DNA of 64,000 nucleotides from Pecten maximus (Eukaryota): NCBI RefSeq assembly GCF_902652985.1, contig NC_047025.1, positions 29,388,001 to 29,452,000 of the forward strand, read 5' to 3'. Shown piece by piece: positions 48,487 to 60,300 of this stretch (position 1 is its first letter; each line of letters starts with the position of its first letter). The notes under the pieces were generated by a model. It saw only the letters and a program-made list of their open reading frames with translations, ran no database searches and was not told where the DNA came from. The position numbers and the translations under genes were made by a program.

Positions 48487-51421
48487 TTATGGTAAACATT
48501 GTCGAACCCAGCTCTCGCCACACCAAGGTGGCGATGTTTGCTCGAAGTGGCTTTCAGCACCCAGATATACTGCCTCGTAATAGACAAACGCTGAAGCCAT
48601 ACAGGCATGGTGTGTAGGTTGGGTATTACCATCACTGCCAAACAGGAATCTTCTCCGGTCCAGGTGGTTACATGATACCTGCATGTTCTTCAGGAATAGA
48701 TCATCGCAGTCATGTCTGCCCAACCCATACTGAACTGCCTGTAACGACATACAATGTTATATATCTAAATATTTACTGAACTGCCTGTAACGACATCATA
48801 CAATGTTATACATCTAAACATTTACTAGACTGCCTGTAACAATGTAATACAATGTTATACATCTAAACATTTACTAGACTGCCTGTAACAATGTAATACA
48901 ATGTTATACATCTAAACATATACTAGACTGCCTGTAACAATGTAATACAATGTTATACATCTAAACATATACTAGACTGCCTGTAATGACACCATACAAT
49001 GTTATACATCTAAACATCTACTAGACTGCCTGTAATGACACCATACAATGTTATACATCTAAACATCTACTAGACTGCCCTAGACTAGATTAACCTATAG
49101 TGGGCATCGCAAAAGATAGTGGAAATTTGTTTCATTCGATAGTCCGCATGAACAGAGGACTATCAACTAAGCCTTTCGAGTAAAGGTGGCTATTTAGGGA
49201 GCTACATTCCATTCTTAGTCTCGCATGGAGGATCTTACCTTCTCTGCTTCCAGAGGAGAAATATAATGATACTTTGGTGGAAGGTCCATGCAAGTGTTTC
49301 TTGAGTTTTCGCAGTGACGGATTCGTTTTATCATCAGACAGAAGAGAGTTTCAACATTTTAAGACAGAGGGAATGAAAGAATTTTGAAACAAAGAGGACG
49401 AAAATTGTCTCCGTCTCTAGTAGCATGAGTATGTACATCGGAATGGATGTCTTGTACGAAAGGGGAACCATAACATGAACCAGTTTATGAAACTGTATTA
49501 GTTTATGCGTCTAACGTCTTTTTTCAAGAGTTTCCCACCTCGTTTACAATGTAATACATGTACATCCAGATACTGAACTGCCTGTAACGACATCATACAA
49601 TGTATAACATGTACATCTAAATACATACTGGACTGTCTATAACAATACCACACGATACAATACATCCAAACACACACAGGACTTTGAGGACAAGGCAATT
49701 TTAACCGATTGTGTTATAAAAGAAGCAATATAAGCCACACCCACCACCCCCCATATTCGCTAGCCAAGGCCTCCGATTACGTTTCGCTCCACGTAATCAG
49801 AAGCCTTGGCTAGCGAAGATGAGCCATCCCATTCAACTCTAGTATGACAAAAATATTAAACTTAACAGAGAAAATTTCAATGATATTACAACATTGACTG
49901 TAACAGGACATTCCTTTGATGACAAAGCATAAAGGGATTATTCAGAACAAAGAAAAATTACGCACGTCACCTAAGATAATAACATTGAATAAGATAAAAC
50001 AAAAAACAAAAACAAAAAACCAAGGGAAGACACATGCAAATATCATAAGATAGACAAGGACACCAATTTTCAAAGAGGAAAGACGTGAAGTAGTTTTGCT
50101 TTCATATCATTCAGACCTATACTAATTTAATCGCCTTAGGAAGGCTTAGAAAGCCTTCCACTTACTTCTGATTGCGCTAATTGAATTTTCTGCATTTCGT
50201 TTTCTATGACAAGTATTATAAGTGAGCCAATTCTTCATTCCGCTACATATATATATAATACATGGTCAGTGTCTGAAAATATAAGCTGTATTTTGGCGAG
50301 GGTAAAGAAAGGCAAAAGTGGTGAGCCTTGACGAGCCACTTTTGTCTTTCTGTCCCGAGTCAAAAATACAGCTTATATTTTAAGACACTGACCACAAGGA
50401 CACGTTACAATAGTAATGTATGTATAAAATATATGGGGGGTCGATATGTTTATATCGACCCCCCCATATATTTTATACATACATTACTATTGTAACGTGT
50501 CCCTGTGCACTGACCATGTATTCTATTTATCCTGCAACAATAAAAAAAAAAATCATTTTAAACCGAAACGGTGTCAAAAATGACAGAAATATGTTCGCCT
50601 TTTAAACGTTGTTTCACTTTGAAGTAGGTCAGTCGAATTGACGCCCGTGCTAAGATTCTAAAATACCGCTGTTTTCCGTCACTGCCGTATACAGCAAAAA
50701 TATATACGGTGGGTGTATTTCGACAATGCGGTGGCAGTTGCAGGATAAAAGTAAGTTATGCGCTAAAGTTTGGGTACGCTAAGATAGGTAAGTTTACCTT
50801 ACTTATCACTCTGCATTATCATAATGACGTGTTTTCATTGATACTTCTTGTAATATATATCTGGACATATATGTGCAAGTTCTTAGAATATAAAGATGAT
50901 TATTTCGTTTCCAGAAAATCTTACTTAGTTTTACAGAAATGTTACTTCAGAAGGTTTCTACAACAACAAGCTTTTATTATTAAATAGAGTATACGAGGGA
51001 TTGGAAAACAAGCTGAAAGGTTATATTTTAAAATTCCTCTCCTCGTGTAATAGTACAAGCTCGTTGACTTTAGGCAATAACACAAGAGTTATTGAGAGAA
51101 AAAGATTAAGATAGAACATCTTAAATACAAAGAGACTGAGATAACCATCGGTCTCCAGTTCTTCACGGAAATACCATTTTTATACAATTAAAAATACATC
51201 AAAATGAAAGGTCTGCTTTAAACACTGTTGACCAATTAAACAACTCTTACACAGAAATAACAGACGTCATGTTGGTTACAGTTTTGGGTGAATGTATCCT
51301 TGTAGAAGAAAGGGAGATCACCAGGGATACTACAGCCGTCAGAATAACTGCTGGTCGTACACGGATTGGCCGCTACACTCAACTCAATTAACAGATATGT
51401 TGCTGCTAGGATAAGGATCAT
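48487..51421 (-). CDS. Conodipine-like secreted phospholipase A2 (group IX-like), 140 aa precursor
   Basis: Exon 51421-51251 (signal peptide MILILAATYLLIELSVAA, DGCS, CNQHDVCYFC with His-Asp dyad) joins in phase 0 to exon 48738-48487 (DCDDLFLKNMQVSC, RRR basic site, C...YYEAV..GA, terminal CLP*). Acceptor at 51439-51440 precedes the ATG; probable 5'UTR donor near 52460. Confidence 0.85.
48728..49670 (-). repeat. 49-bp tandem repeat built from the PLA2 exon 2 acceptor, split by a LINE fragment
   Basis: Plus-strand unit CTGCCTGTAACGACATCATACAATGTTATACATCTAAACATTTACTAGA (sense ...GTTACAG|GCAG); about 7 copies at 48728-49080 and about 2.5 at 49545-49670. Confidence 0.9.
49095..49545 (-). mobile_element. 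CR1/L2-type LINE ORF2 3' fragment (degenerate)
   Basis: Minus strand reads roughly WETLEKRR..HKLIQFHK...FQNSFIPS...ILHARLRMECSSLNSHLYSKGLVDSPL.SCG..NETNFHYLLRCP, typical of the post-RT C-terminus with a Cys/His knuckle; stops and frameshifts are present. Confidence 0.75.
49753..49821. mobile_element. Palindromic MITE (same family as 40048-40136)
   Basis: TTCGCTAGCCAAGGCCTCCGATTACGT / ACGTAATCAGAAGCCTTGGCTAGCGAA. Confidence 0.75.
50260..50760. mobile_element. Composite element made of nested and adjacent inverted repeats
   Basis: Hairpins at ~50263-50394 and ~50395-50505, an outer pair CATGGTCAGTG/CACTGACCATG, and a further pair TTTATCCTGCAAC (50526)/GTTGCAGGATAAA (50737). Confidence 0.6.
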
Positions 51422-53919
51422 CGCGCGTGGAAATTGTTCTAAAAAGAAAGAAACGTTAGAATAATATTTAAAACAAAAAGAAATAGCTATATAATAGGTT
51501 GCTTTAATCTAGACGTGTCCTTCAATGGGCTTTTAGTTTCTGTAAAGAGAAACATGATATAGAATAGATTGAATTTTATCATTATCTTTATAATAAGCTC
51601 ACCGTGAGTATGTATCTGTCTATAAGAAAGACATACTTTTTTGAACTATTACGCGAAATGAACTAACAAGTGCAAAGATGAAATAACAGAAATTGAAATT
51701 GTCATCGCAATTTTTGTCATTTAATATGTAGTTATAATTGCTTGTTGCCGATTGATTTAGATAAATTGGAAACTCGAAAAGAGAATGATATATTACAACT
51801 AATTATAAAGGTAACATGGCTGAGGGTACGAATCAAGCCCTATTACCCGGGGCCTGTTTGTTTATGCGGACAAACCGGTTCGTCAGTTTTTACATGTAAT
51901 ACTCCAAACATATATCTTGATGGACCTGCAAATGTTAATACAGACCTTGGAGGTCTTTGTCAAGGCTCGTCTGAAAACAATATAAAATCACCAGGTCCGT
52001 CTTTATTTCATAAACGAACAACACCGGTCTAACTAGTCCAACCGTTTGGACCGCAAAAACGAAAACAGCCCAGTCCTGACAGCCTACAACTGTACAGGTA
52101 ACGCACGTGTATTTCATGCAATTTTACATGCAACGAACCTTGTTGTATTATTGTGTAGTATATTATAGAAACAACGGTATTTGTCGTTATTCTGGATTTT
52201 GTTTTGTTTTTTCATTTGTCATACTGTCTCTTTTTAGGCAAATAAAACACGTTTTTCTAAAACAATTTCACCTATGGCCATAATGTACATGTTTTATATG
52301 ACATACAAACTGTCCTCATGACCAAACTTCTCATTCTAATTACTTGCAACAACTTTGTACCTTTCCGTAGATTGATATATGTTCATGTTTGTTGGGGGGG
52401 GGGGGGGGGGGTAGAATCAAGATGAATAAGACTGGCAAAGAGAATGTCAGACATACTTACAGATGTACTGTCGATAAGGAATGGCCGAACAAAGAACGTT
52501 ATTCCTCTAACCTGTCCTTATCACTGACGTCTGCCCCAATCACGTTCGCACTACTCTGACCTGGTCACGCTGTTAAAATGTCAATACAGTGTACTGTCGA
52601 TAACTGACCTCCATACGTCATCCCACGTTCACCTTAAAACCTCCAATTGTTCCTCTGAATTGTTGTTATCTAATAAATTATAATAGAAGGTTTTCCTCGT
52701 GTGTATGTGTACATTGAGAACATATCTTGACCAACCTTTCTGTAAAAAAAAACACACCTTCCTTTCATCACGACGGCGAAAGTTCGACCCTCAGATCAAA
52801 CGGTGAAACAGTTTGCGTTGAAATACAAACTGTTTTACGACAATTACGAAATAAATTTAATCACCTTTCTCCCGGTATCACGATTTCCTCTTCCATGAAA
52901 TGACTTGATCTTCACCTTCTTCCCGGATCTCCAGAGCGGTACCACCTAAGGTCATCACAAAGATTTCATCAAAGTAAAGCAAATAATTGAAAAAAAAGAG
53001 AAGAAGATAAATTTGATGTTTAAATGCGCATGGAAATTAGAGACGGAACGACAAGGATTTCCTAGCGTACATTATCGACAGGAAAGATTTGTCGGTGTTT
53101 AGGAACAAATGTTATCCATAGAAAGATTTTACTTAATTAACTAATTACGTAACTTAATTACTAAACTAAGAACGCAGATTGTTACAAAACAGATAAAAAC
53201 TAATTATTTATTTTAACGAAATAGGAAAGTTTGAACCATAACCTCAATACCAAAATGATAAAACCGTAAGTATACCACCGATAATATTTGTTTTAAGCAT
53301 TTGGTGAAAAAAAAAGACATTTTGAATGTCTTCCATATTCAGTCCATTCAAAATTATTTAGCGTATACAGAGCTTTATTACTTACCCTAATCCTGCCTAA
53401 AGATCAAAGCTTTACCATTTGTGCAAGGTGTTGATGTTTGGCTTTGATGTGTGTAAACTCTATGACTTGTTGAACGATAGTGGGCATAACAGACCACCCT
53501 GTTACACTCCAAACCTTAATGTATACATGTGCCTTTCCTAATGTAGCACAATCCCTAGCAAGCATACAAGTAATGCCGACATATGGAGGCCTCGTCTTGA
53601 TATGGCCATCGCTTTTGAATATAATTAGGACTTTAAATACAAGAGTAACTAAACAAATCTTGTTACAATATATCCTATTTACCCCAATCTCATTGTTCTT
53701 TGACATTACATTTTCTTCATAATAAAACATATCTTCTATGTCCATGATTTGAAATATTTTTATTAAATCGCGTTGGATGGAGACTTTAAACACCTAATAC
53801 AGTACCGTTCTCACAATGAGAAATAAGTGTGTAGGTGCGGGTGAAAGACATTAAAACCAAGAAATCCGCTAGAAAAAATAAGAAAGTAGTATTCCTTTTG
53901 TACTTTAGTCTGCGTTTCT

Positions 53920-54470
53920 CCTCTCTGAATGATGTAGATTGTACAGCCTGGACAGGCTGGACAAGGACACAGTTTCTAGAAACTATTTCAAATTGTTCGT
54001 CCTTTATTGTCTACACTCCAAACCACGAGTTCGAAGTTTATGAGTCTAGTCCTGCCTGATGGGTACCTTCTGGACACAGTAGGACCTTTTCCTGGAAGCG
54101 ATAATGACGAGAAGTTTACAAAAACCATCATGGCCAATCTCTCCTGGCTTGAGAAAATGACATTTCCGTTGTTGACCGAGAATTTAGGGATGTTTTTTCC
54201 AGATTTAGAATCACATGGTTTGTCAACAAAGGTGCAGTCACATCTAAAACCTGGGCAGACTCAACCTGACGACCTACAAGCTAACCTTGATATATCCATA
54301 ACTAAATATAGATGGGTAATGGGGTCATATCACGGACGCTTCAAGCAATGGCTGTTTTTCAAAACATAACTTACATCCAACTATTTCATTGATGTCAATG
54401 AGGATTTCGTTAGAATGGTTACTACCTATCTGAATGGAATCCGAAGACCCATTGGACACCATATTAGGTG
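53920..54470 (+). mobile_element. Degenerate PIF/Harbinger-ISL2EU (DDE_Tnp_4-type) transposase remnant
   Basis: KFMSLVLPDGYLLDTVGPFPGSDND...LKPGQTQ...QAN...TKYRWVMGSYHGRFKQWLFF; frameshifted, and the catalytic Glu of the RWVVE motif is lost. Confidence 0.7.
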
Positions 54471-57025
54471 GTTTAATGTGTAAACCAACATAAATATGTC
54501 ATGTAGCGTTCTTGTCAGAAAATTGAATCAGAAGTTGTAAGAATTAACATTTAATATTTGTGGTTATCAGGGAACATGGCGGCTATTTTGAAAGTGGAAT
54601 TTCACTTAAAAAACTTCTTTTATAAGTGTAGGTGTCAGTCCCCGTGTGCTCATGAAACGAAGTACATGTATACTCATTTTATTTAAGTTTACTTGACATT
54701 ATTTCCTTGCAAAACAAATTTTCCCCTATGCTCCTTTTTCTTTTAAAAGTTACATAGCAATGTGTCAATTAATTTTTATTACTTTGCACAAAATTCCTAA
54801 TTTTTAGACACTTTTTATACTGTTTGAAGATGTTTTTAGCACATAATTACAAATAAGGAGTTGTATTTTTGACATTGAGAACATTTCGTTTAATGTAAAA
54901 AGAGCATGTTCTTATTTAAAATCAATCACATGTTTATCTCCTGATCCTAATGTATTCAAAATTGTAATTTCTTGCTTTGCACATATGATTTCTGACATTT
55001 TATTATCAATATGTTTATATTTAGTAAAAAAAAAATAATGACGAATTGATATTTAAGCATTTTCCCCAAAAGCCATACTTTTTTTCATTTTGGCAGAAAA
55101 GGGGCGTTATATTCTTGGGTATGTACATGTTTTGACTTAAATGCCTATTTGTAAACGTAGGACTACGGAGGCTACCAATAGCACATACGTGTTATTGCAT
55201 TTGCTTCTTAGGCCATTTTGAAACCCCATCGTTAACCAAAGAAAAAATTGTCGGAGTTTAAGAAACTTTCCTTCAATTCATAATGCTTCCATTTGGGATG
55301 GCTTAAGTTAAGGGCTTTCCTCAAGCTTAGTAATGTTAATGAAAATTATAACTCTTATCGACCGCCAAAATTATGCTTGAAATTTAATATATCGTACACA
55401 TATTTCAACGAATATAATGAAACATACTACTGTTTGGAATGTCCATAGATCAAGGACCCAACAAGTCTTATCTTATTACAAAACATAACATTGATAACTT
55501 CAACATAATTTATTGCAATAAGAATCAACAACATAGGGCGCATTATTATACAGCATTGGAATGTCATATCTGTCCACACATACACATAAAAAGTAACTTT
55601 AAGTTAATTTCGCTATATTCGCGGTCATCATATACAGATATAGGGCGCGAAAATAAGTACCCAGCGAAGTATTCACTGCAGAACGTTAACAAAGAGTAGT
55701 TGCGCGGATAGTACCCGCGAACTAGGCCCGACACTACCGCGAAATATTAGCCCCCTGATATTTAACAAAGTTACAAAACGATTTGTAAACAATGGGACAA
55801 GCAACATACAAATACAATAAAACAATGATGGTGACATTATCTAAGAATTGTGTTCTCTAAATCTGAATAAAATGTCATTTATTCTCTTTTCACAAGATAT
55901 ATAGTAAAAACATATTTGTAATACAATACATACAATTATTATAATGTTTGCAGTCGTTACACAGCACTGTTTCAAAACATAGCGTTTACATTTTTATCAA
56001 ATAGGACAAGTTATGTTATTAATTATTCTGATACACATTAAACATATGTAATATGTTTTCAGCTATGTACAATTTAAAACATTAAAACAACAGAGAAATC
56101 GGATTAGACACACGTCAGAAAGATAAATAGTGTCTGTATACACTGGTGTAATAGATGGCCTGAACAAGATACGGATTTTTCTCTCTCGATTTTTGGAGAT
56201 TACTAATATCTTAACAGCTAAAACGGCACTTTCTAGTTACTTGGTCACACACACGCACGCGTGCGCCTCTGACGGGTTCTCTAGATGCCTCAGGATTTGT
56301 AAGTGCTCAATGAAAGACCTGCTCTATCGAAATTCTCGTTCAACATAAATATTGCATTAGTTTGTTTTAATTGTATACATATTTTTAAGACACATCACAC
56401 ACCAGCAAGACTGCCGTATGATAATGTTGTTACATAGTTATTCTAATACTATGTAAATGTGACACCTGCCAGGTAAACAGTAATTACGACTTATGGGTTT
56501 CCATAGGTATTATAAATGTCATTTCTGCTGTCGACATCAATGAATTGCGAAATGTGCATGCCTTGAAAGTGGTGAAATCGATCATCAAAATAGTCATTAC
56601 CCAATCAAATGCAAGCACGTTCAATGTGCACTATTCAATATCGGTTAATTTCATTAGATTAAAAGTATGTTTCAAAACGTCAGTGGTAGGTTTTGTTATA
56701 TCAAATTTTATTTATTATGTCATTAAATCAAACGTTTAACTCTTTGAAGCGTGTAGCCCGATAACGGTATCCCTGCAGGTTCGGAGAAATAATTAAGCAA
56801 GCTACACCTATGTCATGGTGTGAGTTGCCTTTTGTATGGTCCCTTATAGAACTAACGGGTATATTGAGGAACCTTGCTTGATCTTAATCACATGATTTGA
56901 AGCAGATTGTCTTTTCTCTACCACTTAACCTCTAGTTTCGACAGTTCTTTTCCCGAGTGACCTGCCCTTATGTATTCTTGCGAGGAACTTCAATCTCTAC
57001 CAAAGCAAATCTTTTTGATGTATTC

Positions 57026-57192
57026 TAGACTGGCCACCAGCCCCTAAGTTTTGTGTGAAGGATTACTCAGCTAAATTCTTATCTAGTTACCTACTTTGAA
57101 ACAAAATCAGACATATCCTAGAGGCAAAAAAAAATCATAAAGATCAATTTTATTCATAATTTCAAAATTCTAGAGACAGAGGGTCAGTCTAG
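57026..57192. mobile_element. ~170-bp MITE-like element (family shared with 48177-48350)
   Basis: CTAGACTGGCCACCAGCCCCT...GAGACAGAGGGTCAGTCTAG termini. Confidence 0.65.
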
Positions 57193-57352
57193 GTTTCTTC
57201 TAAAGGGAAGGGAAATGTTTATGTGAGCTACTCCAACGTAATATAGATGCTTTTAATAATGACTGTCTTGGACGGAGGATAATTATATTTTCTTACTACA
57301 ATGGATTTTGCATTTCCGTTACGTCTTTGACTGTGCCTCAAAACATCTTGTC

Positions 57353-60300
57353 TCACATTTTTGTTCCTTCCTTGTCATCGGGTCGGAAAGCCGTATTTTG
57401 AAATGAATTTACATTGAGATCGTAAAAGTTTTTGCTATGTCTCTCTGACAGGCAGTCTTTATTATTATTTCCGTCATTGTTTCCACATTTACATACAGTT
57501 CTTTTAACCCGAACTACGACCCTATCATACGGAGCGAGGGAGCGTAGCCACTCCGGTAGGAAGTCCCATGATCGCAGTGTTGTAGGCAAGACTTTCGGGC
57601 GTTTATTCTGAAGAACATTAATCACCATTATTATCACAACCATAACAAGAAACGGGATGCCGATTCCCATTAAAACTTCCACTCCAGCAAGCGAGAGGGC
57701 AAAGATGATAGCGGGAAACAGAAAATATAGAAGAATTAAGTATGCAATGGCAAACCATCGGTACTCGGCCGTGACGTTTCCCATGTATTTGGCAGCATTT
57801 ATAGGCAATTTTCGGAGCGGATAGATAATGTAGAACAGGAAAACTCCCGTAAGATTAAAGAATAGATGACATAGTGAAAGTTTAAACGATTCGTAAAAAT
57901 TGCCCGATGATGCCAAAGCTGCCAGTATACTCGTGCCTGTCGTGCCAATGTTTGCCCCAAGGGTCAGCGGGTACATTCGCTCGATGTGGATAACACCGAC
58001 GCCGACCAGTGGTGTGATTGCCGACGTGAAGATAGAACTGCTCTGGACAAGGATGGTTAGGCCGGCCCCTACAACAATAGCTACCAGTCCGGACAGAAAG
58101 CCAACACAGCCGTCGAATTTACCGTTGAACAGTTTACGAGTGAGACGCGCAATCTTTCCTTTCAAAATGGAATGAAGCAACTTTACGATCAGAACAAGGC
58201 ACGCACATAAGGTAAGTAAGGATGCTACTAGGAGAAGGGCTCCCACAGCCGGGTCACTCCAAGTCGTCTCCGAAAACAGGTGATCACCTAAACAAGACGA
58301 TGGATTTGGTCGTAAATTGGTTATTGGTAGTGTATCCAACATATAGATACTAGTATTCAGTTGTTTTGCATGCGTCATGTATAAGACAATTATATTCTAG
58401 ATTTTTTCTTGTAAAACATCCCATTATTACTTGAAAAAGTCCATATCAAACTTTGACGCAGTTCTCGTTTTCAGTCATGTGTACAATCACTACCAACTTG
58501 GATGTTGCTTCAGCTATGATATTTGAATTACAAATAAGTGTTAAATGACTAATAATAAATGCCGCTTAAGTTGTCCAGACATATATCCAGTTATTGTTAT
58601 TTCTGATTAACTTGACACAAAATGTTATTCTTTAAATATAATAAATAACAAAATCCCTGTTAGCTACAATAGTTCCTTTCAGATAGGTATACCCAATACT
58701 TCTCGATGTAATCCACGATTTAACTGATACTTACCTTCCTTTATAATACTGATATTGGTCGGACCGTCTCCTTTGGCAATGTTATTTATAGCAGTGTTGT
58801 CAAGCTGGAATCACAAAGATAAACAATTATCTTATCTGAAGCAGTGTGTGCTAACTTACTGCAAAGCTTCAAATTACCATTTACTTAATACACAGAATAT
58901 TTAATTTTGAAATATCTATGCATATCAATCATAATGATACATGATGGATGGCGATTATCCAGTTTTCTTATCCTGAACCAGATCTCCAAAACAAAATTCT
59001 ACGTAGGTCATGATACAATGTACCCAACCAAGGTCGCGAGGGTAAACAATATTAAAAGTTATTTTCTATGGTCTCTTCTTTACCAGTCCTATTTCTGTGT
59101 AGCTGGCATTTGTCCTATTTTTAGTATATGATAATGCTACATCTATTTCAGTGTCAAGTATGTTTTATCTAAGTTTTGTATATATAAATACATCAAACAT
59201 AGTAACGGGCTTGCCAGTATATGCACGAAAACAATCTCTGTATACTGAAACTGGATGGGAAATTTGAGTAAAAGTCGACATTGAAGAAACTAACATTATT
59301 TTATGAAATTCATAACAAACTAGCTCTCTCATATCTGTTTACATTACTTCGAGGTCTAGTAGGTGACTGAACTCCATATCCTCTAATAAATAAGAACAAC
59401 TATACTATACAAAATGTGTAATGATAATCTTACTCATACTACATTATCGTTTATACAAAGAAAATAACCTTCCTGAATCTAACCGAAATCAGACCACAGC
59501 TGAAAACATGATAATCCTCGTCGTCCGAACATTTTATTAACAAAACTTAGACATAAATGTAGTCCACTTAATTATGTATTGTATGAATCTAGTAGAATCG
59601 CCTTCATGTGCAAGTGGTACCCATATGAAAACTCTTTTCAGTACTTTTCCAATGTCCAAATTACATGAATATTAGATGTGAAATACTTGATAAGCTGTTA
59701 CACCAGCATTCTTCCTGTCATTCTTCTTTATTTTTCTTTCTTTATAATCATAGAAGTATAGTGTGTCGCTATCACAATCTTTGTAATATATATTTGTGGA
59801 GAGGACTTTTATAAGTTGTTTAAAACTTGTTTCCAATCCTATACTTCCACAAAATTACATATAACATGATTGTTAAAAGGCATTGCATTAGTATGGTATG
59901 GAGGTCTGAAAAGCAACTCTCATTCAAATCATTCTATAGATTGTAAACTTATTACCGAAAGTTTAAAGTTAAAAAAGACATTTGCAACACATACCGTTTT
60001 TACTCTGGCATATATGGTAGTTTCAGCTTTTCAAATTTTAAAACATTTTGCAAATAAATGTTTGAATATTTACTTAATATATAGTTGGAATAAAGCCCAA
60101 CTTCATGTACTTACGGATACAATTCTGCTAGTAAGCGGCTTGGTGAGAACTTTCAGGAACTCTGGATTTTCCTTTGTGCCATTATTCTCGGTGTTTGGTA
60201 ATGTCTGTATAATGGCATTGGATACTTCAAACAAATAACCGGATATGACCTCAACTGGAAGTAAAATGATGACACACAACCAGTTGAACATGTCGTGCAG

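Noticed and set aside
52394-52411. Poly-G run (also ~28688-28699) as a G-quadruplex element
   Set aside because: A simple homopolymer of uncertain length with no supporting context.
53404-53793. 129-aa minus-strand ORF beside the transposase remnant
   Set aside because: No recognisable domain or splice structure; probably decayed element sequence.
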